A stretch of 64,000 nt of DNA from Candidatus Uhrbacteria bacterium (GTDB lineage Bacteria > Patescibacteriota > Patescibacteriia > JACPHY01), in NCBI GenBank assembly GCA_016188355.1, contig JACPHY010000005.1:7389-71388 (forward strand), in the 5' to 3' direction. The notes under the pieces are model-generated. The model saw nothing but the letters and a program-made list of their open reading frames with translations, ran no database searches and was not told the origin of the DNA. Positions 48,922 through 57,280 of this stretch are shown here, piece by piece (positions within the stretch are counted from its first letter, which is position 1; each line of letters begins with the position of its first letter). Both the position numbers and the translations under genes were made by a program.

Positions 48922-49962
48922 TCAGGGCAGCCGCCGCATCTGCCAATGGATCGTTCCGCCGTGGCGGAACGGAACGACGCCGCCGCACTCCTCGGGGACC
49001 ACCCAATCGGTGCACGTGCACTCAATGCATCCGGTGTTGCGCTCGAGGCCGTAGAACTGCGCACCGAAACGCGAGGTGAAGTCCTCGAGACGTTCGAGCA
49101 CCTGATCCTCCTCGAATATCTCCACGAGCGTCTCTATGGCGACCGGCGCGGAGAACACCCCCGCCGCACATCCCGCGCCCTCCTTCATTGCACGCGGATG
49201 CGGCGCACTATCGGATCCGAAGAAGAATCGTGGATCGCCGCTCGTCATCATTTGCCGAACTGCGCGCCGATCCGCTTCTTCTTTCGCAATCGGTTTGCAA
49301 TAGAGATGCGCATCGCAAATATCGCCGAACACGTTGAACACCTGCGCCCGCGTGATGCATGCATGGTGCACGGTGATCGATGCGGCAACCGTTTTCGGCA
49401 GCGATGCAACGCACGCGACCGCCGCAGCGGTCGAGATGTGCTCGAAGACGATCCGAAGCCGCGGAAACTCGAACGCAAGGCGCTGGAGCGTCGGCAGAAA
49501 TGCCTCCTCCGCAAGCGCCGCGTTGATACCGGGCACCTCGCCGTGCACGCAGAGCACCATGCCGGACTCTTCCATCTGCCGGAGCACCGGACCAAGCGCG
49601 AAGATGTCCCGGACGCCCGCATCCGAGTTGGTGGTCACCCCGAGCGGATAGTACTTCGCTGCGACGACTCCCGCACGATGCGCCTCCTCGATGTCCAACG
49701 GCGTGGTTGCATCCGTGAGGAACAGCGTGAGGAGCGCGGTGAATGGCTCCGACAGTCCCTGCTCGACGCGCGCCTGCCGAATTGCTTCGGCGTATCGTTC
49801 CGCATCCTCCGCCGTACGCACTTCGCGCGGCTTGAGGTTCGGCATGGCGAGCACGCGCGCGAACTGCCGCACATAGTACGGCAACACCGCGCCGAGCAGT
49901 GCTCCATTCCGGAGATGCGTATGGAAACAATCCGGCGCCCGAATGGTGAATGATGGGGTCAT
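48922..49962 (-). CDS. pyrC: Dihydroorotase (type II)
   Basis: H.HLR, AMPNL, KYYP.GVTTNS, VHGE, EHIST, CKP.AK and GSDSAPH. Confidence 0.93.
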   Translation of the reverse strand: MTPSFTIRAPDCFHTHLRNGALLGAVLPYYVRQFARVLAMPNLKPREVRTAEDAERYAEAIRQARVEQGLSEPFTALLTLFLTDATTPLDIEEAHRAGVVAAKYYPLGVTTNSDAGVRDIFALGPVLRQMEESGMVLCVHGEVPGINAALAEEAFLPTLQRLAFEFPRLRIVFEHISTAAAVACVASLPKTVAASITVHHACITRAQVFNVFGDICDAHLYCKPIAKEEADRRAVRQMMTSGDPRFFFGSDSAPHPRAMKEGAGCAAGVFSAPVAIETLVEIFEEDQVLERLEDFTSRFGAQFYGLERNTGCIECTCTDWVVPEECGGVVPFRHGGTIHWQMRRLP

Positions 49963-49964
49963 GA

Positions 49965-51041
49965 TCACACCTCCTTCACGGTATCCGCTGCCGCGCGTGC
50001 TGCGGGAGTGCGGCGCGGCTCAGGATTGACATTGCTCCGTGCTGCAGCCCGCACCTGCGCAGCAAAAGAACATTTCCCCGCGGCGTACGTAATGGTCGAC
50101 TGCACACGCCACGGCCGCAACATGGCGATCGATCCCAGCGCGACGGAATCTGCACCTGCATCGACGAGCACGTCCACATCTCGCGGGGCGAGAATGCCAC
50201 CACCCGCGTGGATGGGTTTCGTGATGCCCACCGCTCGCGCATCCCGCACCCACTCCGCCACGAGGGGCAGGAGCGGGCGACCGGACAAGCCGCCATCGGC
50301 CGGGATGCCGCGCGCCCGGAGCGGCGACTGTGTGGATCCGAAGAGCCGCAACCAAGGAATCCGATCCGGCAACCGCCCCCAGGGAATCGTGTTCGACGCG
50401 CACAGTGCATCACATGCCGGATGCTCCGCGACGCGCGCCGCATGCGCGACGGGAAACTCCACACTGAGCTTCGGCACGAGCGGCACGCCGAGCACTCCGA
50501 CCACATCCAACACGTCATGGATTTCCGTCACGAGCGCTTCCCATTCCTCGGACCGGTGCTCCACATTTGGACAGGAGAAGTTCAACTGGATTCCGACCGA
50601 CGCGCGCAGTCCGGATTGATGGCGCTGGAACATGGTCACCAGCCCCCGGTACTCTGCCGCACGTTCCGTGCGTGTTGCGCCCACCGCCATCCAGGATAGA
50701 AAGAACGGCGATGTCCGACGAAACCACACCCCGCGCTCGCACAGCGCCTCGAAGCCGATATTCGTGAGCCCCACCGCATTGAGCACCACACCCGTCAACG
50801 GTCGGATCGCCACGCAATCTGGAAAGAGCTGCAGCGGTGCGAGCGTCTGCGGATGCGACGGCATGTTGCCGGCTCGCGGTTCGAGCGTCACCGTTTTCGC
50901 CACGAACGTCATGCCCGAGAAATCGAACCCAGGAACGAGCCGGAGCCACCGATGAAACGGCCACCCCTCTCCATGAAACCCCTGCACTCCGGACGCCCCC
51001 CACACCTGCCCGAAGTCGATGCCACGCAGCACCGTCATCAC
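49965..51041 (-). CDS. pyrD: Dihydroorotate dehydrogenase-like FMN protein
   Basis: ASG, KTVT..PR.GN, NAVGL.N.G, NFSCPN, SNT, GGLSG and GGGI; coupled to pyrC. Confidence 0.85.
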   Translation of the reverse strand: MMTVLRGIDFGQVWGASGVQGFHGEGWPFHRWLRLVPGFDFSGMTFVAKTVTLEPRAGNMPSHPQTLAPLQLFPDCVAIRPLTGVVLNAVGLTNIGFEALCERGVWFRRTSPFFLSWMAVGATRTERAAEYRGLVTMFQRHQSGLRASVGIQLNFSCPNVEHRSEEWEALVTEIHDVLDVVGVLGVPLVPKLSVEFPVAHAARVAEHPACDALCASNTIPWGRLPDRIPWLRLFGSTQSPLRARGIPADGGLSGRPLLPLVAEWVRDARAVGITKPIHAGGGILAPRDVDVLVDAGADSVALGSIAMLRPWRVQSTITYAAGKCSFAAQVRAAARSNVNPEPRRTPAARAAADTVKEV

Positions 51042-51212
51042 ATGCCTCCTCTTGTTCTTGTGAAAGAATCACGCCCCAAAAGGGACGCACCGGAAGCGTA
51101 GCAAAGGCACACGGATTGTCACGAATACCGCACCCCAAATCCTCCATGGGCATTCCCTCCACCAAAAACCCCATGCTACGCTATTCGCAACCCTCATCAT
51201 CATGTTCCCCAT

Positions 51213-51626
51213 ATGACGATAACGCTCGATGCGGCGCGACGACGTGATGTCACCCTCCTCATCCTCCGTCTCGCGCTCGGTATCATTTTCATTTACCACG
51301 GATACGGTAAGCTCTTTGGTGGTGCGCCGGGCATTCCTGCGTTCACGGGGATGCTTGCCAAATTCGGATTCCCCATGCCCGCATTCTTTGCGTGGCTCGT
51401 GAGTATCACGGAATTCTTTGGCGGCATCGCCATGATCCTCGGCGTCCTCGTGCCGCAGGTCGCACTCCTCCTCGCGATCATCATGGCGGTCGCGTTCCTC
51501 GTCGTGAAGAAGGCGGCGCTTCCTGCAGGAGATGCAGACCTCGCGCTCCTCGGGATGGCGCTCGCACTCGCGCTCATGGGCGGCGGCGCATACGCAGTCT
51601 TCAAGAGCGGCAAACGCACTCCCTAA
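51213..51626 (+). CDS. DoxX-family membrane protein
   Basis: LRLALG..F..HG..KL, EFFGG...LG and GGG.Y. Confidence 0.9.
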   Translation: MTITLDAARRRDVTLLILRLALGIIFIYHGYGKLFGGAPGIPAFTGMLAKFGFPMPAFFAWLVSITEFFGGIAMILGVLVPQVALLLAIIMAVAFLVVKKAALPAGDADLALLGMALALALMGGGAYAVFKSGKRTP

Positions 51627-51641
51627 CCTCTCCAGACGGAA

Positions 51642-51673
51642 GAACGGCCACCCCTCGTTGGGGTGGCCGTTTT
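51642..51673 (+). terminator. Intrinsic terminator between doxX and the E2-like gene
   Basis: AACGGCCACCCC/GGGGTGGCCGTT followed by TT. Confidence 0.75.
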
Positions 51674-51690
51674 GGACCGCGCGCGAACCG

Positions 51691-54672
51691 CTAGGTGGCG
51701 GATGCTGTCCGCGGCTGCCGCTCAGCGCGCGGCAGCCGCGTGCAATCGGATACCTTCGCCCAGCAGAGTGATACCCACCAGGACGGATCTCGTCGGAACG
51801 CTTCGGGGATTTTCTCGGCGCCCACCGTAGTATTCGCCACACACTGCCCGAGATCCATATGCGCTCGCAGGTAGACCCATTTATTTACATTGGAACCCCA
51901 GTGCACGATCACGAACACCTGCGACGCAAAATCGAGCTCACGTGCGCGACTGCTGGAGTCCGAGGAAACCAACCGCACCCGCACCAAATCGCCGACGCGC
52001 AACTCATTTCCCTCACGATCCGTTCCCACCACCGCCCCAGGATTGACGCATCGGCACCACTGCGGCGTGCGCTTCGGATACCGAAAGACCCGCTTCCATA
52101 TCACTCCCAGGTGAATGGGTTCCAGATATTGCCACCGGAGGTGTTGGTAGCGCTTTCCGTCCGCGTTACCGTCCCCATACGTCCCACCAGGGAGCTCCAC
52201 GTCAAACCGACAGTCTCCGCACCCTCCCCCGTGCACCGCCGTCACCGTTGCCAATGTACGTCGCGCCAGCTCTTCCGTGGCGTCGTGCTGCCGGAATAGC
52301 GCCTCCGGATCTCCTCCGAGATACCGCACGCGCATCCCGACCTTGAATTTCGTCGTCGGCGCAGGAGGCGATCCCCATGGATATGCGGCGTCCTGCTCGG
52401 GAAAGTCCCGCCACGTCGCACCATCGCGCCATTGGAACTGGGCGGCCGCGATCTTCGTGCAATAGAATCCCATTCCGGACGTCGTGATCATCAGTGGCGA
52501 CTGCGCCGGGTCCGCATGGTCGATCGCCAGCACCGTGAACCGTTTTCCCGCAGCGTACTCCCCATCTGCCACCCGAAGCCGGAGCCGCATCCCACGCCGA
52601 AGCTCCATCGCACCGAGGCGGAAGCGATCATACACCGGAACCAAGTCCGCAGAGCACCGTCCTTGATCCAGGAGCCGGAATCGTTGCCCATCCCGATGTT
52701 CTACTTCGAGCGTGCGGGAATTGGTGATGTGGTAGGCGGCCGCCTCCACCAAGACCTGCATGGGACGATGGTAGAAGCGCTGGCCACGACGGTAGATCGT
52801 GGAGCCGACCATGCACCCGAGACGCGTGCGGCGGCATTGCATCGGGAACCTGATGTCTGCGTGGAGCTTTCCCTGCTGCGCCAGGACGCGCCACCCCACC
52901 CGATCGAAGCGCGCGCACTGCGTACCATCCGCCATTGGCGGTGCCAGCGCAATCACTCGATACAGCGACCCCTCCACCAACAATTCAGATTCCTGCACCC
53001 GAACCCATCGCCCGCCGATCTGCACGGATTGCGGAAGCTCCGCGGGGAGCCGGAGTAATCCCGAACGGAGGCCGCCATGCGCCTCTTCGATACGGAAGGT
53101 GCCACCATCCCACCCTTGGGAGATGTGCCGTCCTGATTCGGCAGCATACCCCAATCCCAAGAACGCGTCGACGATCACCTCTGCCGTGCGCGTTCCATCG
53201 AACCAGAGAAAACGATCATCGCGTCGTATCGTGGTGCCATCAGCAAGCGCCACCGTGTCCGTACGAAGGGTACCACGCGCATCCACGTCTTCCGGAGGAA
53301 ACCAACGAAGTCCCGGGAAGCACCCGTCACCCGAACCGACGATCAATTCACCCGACTCTCCGTTCCCCCATCGGAGCAATACATGCACGTACCCCGCCGT
53401 ATCTCGTCGCGCCGCGCGCACCGGGTAGTCACGCGCTTTCCACCCTGGCCATGCATTGGCATCCTCGATGCGGCAAACCATACCCGGAACCAACGATTGC
53501 TCGCCCATCATGAGCGGAGCCGACCCAGTGACCAGAGAACAGCCACGTATCCATTGAGCACCTCGAAACAATTCCACGGGTCCCGAAAGACCTTCCAGTT
53601 GCACGAATCGTACATCTGCCTGTTTCTGGCTGAACCAGAGAATGCGGAATTCTCCCCCATCGGAGCACAACGGCGTCACTCCGGGCTCCAGACGCACGCG
53701 ATCCCCCACCTGCAACACCGTTTCCCCGATGCGAATATGCTGCGCCGTGCTGGGCCGCACCTTCGCCAGGAGGTCCACCGGTGGCGCAGGAACATCGAGA
53801 TCGTCCGCCGCCTCCACTCGACGCACGAGCACGTCGAAGAATTGAGCAGGTGCCTGCGATCCACCGAACTGCGCCGCATATGATCGAACGAGGTCGCCCA
53901 CCGAAAGCGGAAATTCCCGCCAAGGCAATGTGGTCACCTGGCGTGGATTTTGCGTGCTCAGGAGTTCCCACTCCCAGGGAGAGGCAACTTCAGGAATGCA
54001 CTGCTCCGTTTTGAGCACATTATCGGCAAGATCCCCGTTCCACCCGCTCTCCCAATAGAGGGCGTTTACGACCCGCATCGTTTCTCCCACGCTCGCGGCT
54101 CGCGGGATCGCATCACTGTTATTCGCACCCAAGCACACGAAATGCCAATCGCTGGGTCCTCGCTGATTGGGCAGATTCGTGCAATAGAGCTCATCAGCAT
54201 CGCTGGAGATCGGGTGATTCCGATAGAAGCAGGACATTCCTCGGTACTGATCCCCCACAAACACGAACACCTGGATGACGTAGGGAAACGCGAGCGCAAA
54301 TTCCTGCTGCGTCCGGAGACGCTCCGCGAATTCCTCCGCCGATTCATTCCAGAGTCGATGGATGCCGTTCGCCATGAGCCGTTTCCACATGGAATGGTAT
54401 GCCGACGTCTTCCAACGCACCCGTCGCGTGCGTGGCGGCTCCTGGGTCACGAAGATGGTGGCGCCTCCCTGCTCCAGCGGCTCAAGCGCGCAGTGTAGGG
54501 GAAGCACCCGAAGCGCACCGTGTGATGGCAGGAGTTCCTGCGCGGCAACGCGCTTCCGGGCGATGGGCTTGACCATGGGCGGCTGCCCCGGCTGCTCCAT
54601 GACCCGTTGATTCAGATACACCGCCCCACCGTCAGGATGCAGCGTGATCGTCCGCTCCTCGCGAATGCCCAT
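51691..54672 (-). CDS. Giant protein A (993 aa): prokaryotic E2-like (E2_D-type) N-terminal domain plus ~8 SH3/KOW-like repeats
   Basis: AAGGAGG SD + ATG at 54672; LAFPY...FYR..P...DEL...NLPN...VCLG...YWES.WN.DL; recurring G..L.VG..V motifs; full-length paralog of 57281-60229. Confidence 0.7.
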   Translation of the reverse strand: MGIREERTITLHPDGGAVYLNQRVMEQPGQPPMVKPIARKRVAAQELLPSHGALRVLPLHCALEPLEQGGATIFVTQEPPRTRRVRWKTSAYHSMWKRLMANGIHRLWNESAEEFAERLRTQQEFALAFPYVIQVFVFVGDQYRGMSCFYRNHPISSDADELYCTNLPNQRGPSDWHFVCLGANNSDAIPRAASVGETMRVVNALYWESGWNGDLADNVLKTEQCIPEVASPWEWELLSTQNPRQVTTLPWREFPLSVGDLVRSYAAQFGGSQAPAQFFDVLVRRVEAADDLDVPAPPVDLLAKVRPSTAQHIRIGETVLQVGDRVRLEPGVTPLCSDGGEFRILWFSQKQADVRFVQLEGLSGPVELFRGAQWIRGCSLVTGSAPLMMGEQSLVPGMVCRIEDANAWPGWKARDYPVRAARRDTAGYVHVLLRWGNGESGELIVGSGDGCFPGLRWFPPEDVDARGTLRTDTVALADGTTIRRDDRFLWFDGTRTAEVIVDAFLGLGYAAESGRHISQGWDGGTFRIEEAHGGLRSGLLRLPAELPQSVQIGGRWVRVQESELLVEGSLYRVIALAPPMADGTQCARFDRVGWRVLAQQGKLHADIRFPMQCRRTRLGCMVGSTIYRRGQRFYHRPMQVLVEAAAYHITNSRTLEVEHRDGQRFRLLDQGRCSADLVPVYDRFRLGAMELRRGMRLRLRVADGEYAAGKRFTVLAIDHADPAQSPLMITTSGMGFYCTKIAAAQFQWRDGATWRDFPEQDAAYPWGSPPAPTTKFKVGMRVRYLGGDPEALFRQHDATEELARRTLATVTAVHGGGCGDCRFDVELPGGTYGDGNADGKRYQHLRWQYLEPIHLGVIWKRVFRYPKRTPQWCRCVNPGAVVGTDREGNELRVGDLVRVRLVSSDSSSRARELDFASQVFVIVHWGSNVNKWVYLRAHMDLGQCVANTTVGAEKIPEAFRRDPSWWVSLCWAKVSDCTRLPRAERQPRTASAT

Positions 54673-54750
54673 GAGCACCCTCCTTGATCGCTCTTTCCAC
54701 TCGCGATCTCTTGAGAAAGATCGTTCCTTCCGGAAAATTCCGGACATCCG

Positions 54751-54779
54751 AACGTACCAAGGTTTCTGGGGTACGTCAA
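54751..54779 (-). promoter_or_regulatory. Sigma70-type promoter of giant protein A
   Basis: Minus strand TTGACG-N17-TACGTT with extended TG. Confidence 0.65.
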
Positions 54780-54791
54780 GCGGCGCAAACG

Positions 54792-54819
54792 AAAAGGAGG
54801 GACTCCCGGGAGTCCCTCC
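54792..54819 (-). terminator. Intrinsic terminator after the Ubl gene
   Basis: GGAGGGACTCCC/GGGAGTCCCTCC palindrome followed by TTTT on the minus strand. Confidence 0.7.
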
Positions 54820-54853
54820 GCATGATCATCACCAGTCCTCGCGCAATGCGCGA

Positions 54854-55285
54854 CTATCGGCCCTTCTCTGCCGCGGGCCGATTGCCCTCGACGCGCATGC
54901 CGGCACCGATCTGCATCGTCCGCCAGGCGTCGCCGGTCATGTCGACCGGGTTGCCGTCCACGTAGTACCGCGTCTTCGGATCGAGGCGGTAGTCCCGCTG
55001 CATCTGCTCGAGGATGTCGCCCAGGGGCACCGTCTGTCCTTCGGCGACCGGAATGCGGTCGGACACCCCCGGGTAGTCGAAGGTGATCGGCTGCACCGGC
55101 CGCTTCACCACCTTCCCATCATCATCGAGCATGCCGCGCTCCCGCGCCCGTGCCTGCACGGTCTCGCGAAGCAGCTCATCGTCCATGTTGCCCGCGCCGA
55201 TGATCTCGAGTCCTCGTGCGACATCGAGGAGTTCGAGATCGCCCATCTGGGCGATCTGGCCCGGCGTGAATCGAATCTTGCTCAT
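54854..55285 (-). CDS. Ubiquitin-like (beta-grasp) protein with N-terminal Rho_N/HEH-like helical module; C-terminus AAEKG-R
   Basis: AGGAGG SD and ATGA overlap with the E1 stop; M...ELL.VA..L.I.G...M....L; G.T..LGDI, YYVDG.PV and I.AG.RVE...EKG. Confidence 0.7.
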   Translation of the reverse strand: MSKIRFTPGQIAQMGDLELLDVARGLEIIGAGNMDDELLRETVQARARERGMLDDDGKVVKRPVQPITFDYPGVSDRIPVAEGQTVPLGDILEQMQRDYRLDPKTRYYVDGNPVDMTGDAWRTMQIGAGMRVEGNRPAAEKGR

Positions 55286-56061
55286 GCTGCTGCCTCCTGT
55301 TCCTGTGATGCTCCTGATGTGGCGACGGGCGGCGTGCTCGCCGGGGCCACCGGCAGCACCCGCGCCCGCGCGGTGTGCGCACGGATGTCGAAATCGACGC
55401 GCGTGTACGCACGCATCTGCTTCGCATCCGCCGATTGCGGTTCGATCCCAAAGGATTCCGGTGCGGTCACGAACTTCCAGAACGCGCTCATGCACGCGGA
55501 TGCGGCGGCGACATTCATGGGAAGAATCTGCGGGTCTCCCGCAGCCGCGCGTTCCTCGCAGCTCATCTCGTACGGCGCCTTCCCCTGCGGATGGGCGATC
55601 TCCTCGAGCGCATGGAGGGGCGGCGTCACATCGACTCCGCCGCGCCGCACGTACACGAGCACCGTACCGTACTCCAGTTCGTTGCCGACCGAGATCACCG
55701 CGATGTCGCGGCAATTCGCTTGCACGAACTCCGAGACGAGTTTCCGTGTCGGATGGTTATCGACGCAGAGGAGGACGATCTCCCCCTCTCCGCAGATGAA
55801 GGGGATGTTCTCGGGATTGCAGAATTCCGGCAGCGCTTCGACCCGTAGCGCCGGCAGCTGTTCCCCGAGTTCCCGCGCCTTGGACGTGGCCTTGTTCCCC
55901 GGGTATCGGAAGAACTGCCGATCACGGTTGCCCTCTTCATATGCATCGCCGTCCACGAGCGTGAGCCGCGTGCTCGGCTTTTTCTGGCTCACCAGCCACG
56001 TCGCCACCGGATGCACGACCCATGTCCCGGTTCCCCCGAGACCAATGATGGTTACTTGCAT
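55282..56061 (-). CDS. ThiF/E1-like activating enzyme
   Basis: IIGLGGTG, LVDGD.YE..N..RQ, NKA, CVDN..TR, putative catalytic Cys in MSCEE, PQ...N..AA. Confidence 0.9.
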   Translation of the reverse strand: MQVTIIGLGGTGTWVVHPVATWLVSQKKPSTRLTLVDGDAYEEGNRDRQFFRYPGNKATSKARELGEQLPALRVEALPEFCNPENIPFICGEGEIVLLCVDNHPTRKLVSEFVQANCRDIAVISVGNELEYGTVLVYVRRGGVDVTPPLHALEEIAHPQGKAPYEMSCEERAAAGDPQILPMNVAAASACMSAFWKFVTAPESFGIEPQSADAKQMRAYTRVDFDIRAHTARARVLPVAPASTPPVATSGASQEQEAAA

Positions 56062-56090
56062 GGATTGGGAAACCTCCTCCACTGTTCCGC

Positions 56091-56119
56091 GGTGTACCAT
56101 CCCCGTTTTCCGCCGTCAA
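56091..56119 (-). promoter_or_regulatory. Possible internal promoter for E1-Ubl
   Basis: Minus strand TTGACG-N17-TACACC with extended TG (imperfect -10). Confidence 0.4.
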
Positions 56120-56139
56120 TCACCATACCCGAATGGCCA

Positions 56140-57279
56140 TCAATCCTCTGAAATACGCCATCGTTTCCTGCCTGGGAGTCTTGCGTATTCCACATCTCCC
56201 TCCCGTCTCCCTCCCTGCAGAGAACGACGGGTGAGCGACAACTCCGGAGCGATCTCCTCTCGACGGATCATGGGGATGGCAGCCCGGACATCGAACTCGA
56301 TCCCCTGCCTCCAATCGCTCCACTGGCTCGGTACCGCATTGGCGAGATCTTCCATCTCATCATCTTCACACGCCGCCATCTGCTGCGGGCGCGCGTGCGC
56401 CGGATGGACGCGCGTCATCCATTCGTCCGGCGGTTCCCATGCGGTCGCGTCCACTCCTGGCGGCAGTTCGATGCGGTATCCCTCGGTTTTCGATACGGTG
56501 CCCGTCGTTGCGTAGCGACGCAGGTGCTTCCAATGCTCCCGAATCGCCGAGCGGACCATGTGGCCTCCCGCCGATGACGACCATCGACGCTGCTCGACGA
56601 GCGAACACTTGCCCACCGCACGGTAGAAGGCGAGCTGCGCCTCCACGTCTTTCGGTGTCGGTTGCGCTACCTCCACCACAGGTACGATGCCCGCGAAGAT
56701 GCGCTCGACCGGCTGCGTGAATCGCTCTCCATGCACGGCGAGCGCCGCGACGATCTCTACCGCGGGGCGATCGAGCCGTCCCACGGTCGCGTGAATGCCA
56801 TTGAACCACTGCTCATCATGCTGATCCGTTCCGGAATGAAACGCACCCATGGATGCGTGACTATGCACCGTGCCAATGCAACGAAATCCCTCTGGCAGTT
56901 CGCCCGGCTTCGGATCCTTGTACTCCGCATGCGACGGCGTCACGCTCTGCTTGGAGCAGAAGCAATCGAACACGCCGCGCGTCTCGTGGTAGCAGAGGTG
57001 GAGCGCCGCCTCCGTCCGGTGCGCCGCATACACCTTCCGAAAGAAGGAGACGATGCGGTACGTGATCTCGGCCGGTATCGGCGGAAGCAGCCACTCCGCC
57101 TCTCGCGCAACATCCACCAGCATGGGAAGTTCAGTCGTCGGAATCACCGCCCGGAAATGCATGTCCCGCTGGGAACGGAAGATGCCATTCTTGCCCACGA
57201 GATACGCGATGCGGTCATCCGGTTTCGCGCGGGTCTCTGGGGTACGCACGATGTATAGGGGTCTCGGAATCAGCGCCAT
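56140..57279 (-). CDS. JAB/MPN metallopeptidase (Prok-JAB, PRTRC protein A-like) with C-terminal extension
   Basis: YLVGKNGIF, LP.IP, catalytic E (RTEAA), HSH...AFHSGTD..DE and G.H.TVG.LD. Confidence 0.88.
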   Translation of the reverse strand: MALIPRPLYIVRTPETRAKPDDRIAYLVGKNGIFRSQRDMHFRAVIPTTELPMLVDVAREAEWLLPPIPAEITYRIVSFFRKVYAAHRTEAALHLCYHETRGVFDCFCSKQSVTPSHAEYKDPKPGELPEGFRCIGTVHSHASMGAFHSGTDQHDEQWFNGIHATVGRLDRPAVEIVAALAVHGERFTQPVERIFAGIVPVVEVAQPTPKDVEAQLAFYRAVGKCSLVEQRRWSSSAGGHMVRSAIREHWKHLRRYATTGTVSKTEGYRIELPPGVDATAWEPPDEWMTRVHPAHARPQQMAACEDDEMEDLANAVPSQWSDWRQGIEFDVRAAIPMIRREEIAPELSLTRRSLQGGRREGDVEYARLPGRKRWRISED

Positions 57280-57280
57280 G

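Noticed and set aside
55282-56061. Thiamine or molybdopterin biosynthesis ThiF/MoeB
   Set aside because: It lacks the Zn-binding CxxC pairs and thi/moa neighbours; the context is JAB, E2-like and Ubl genes.
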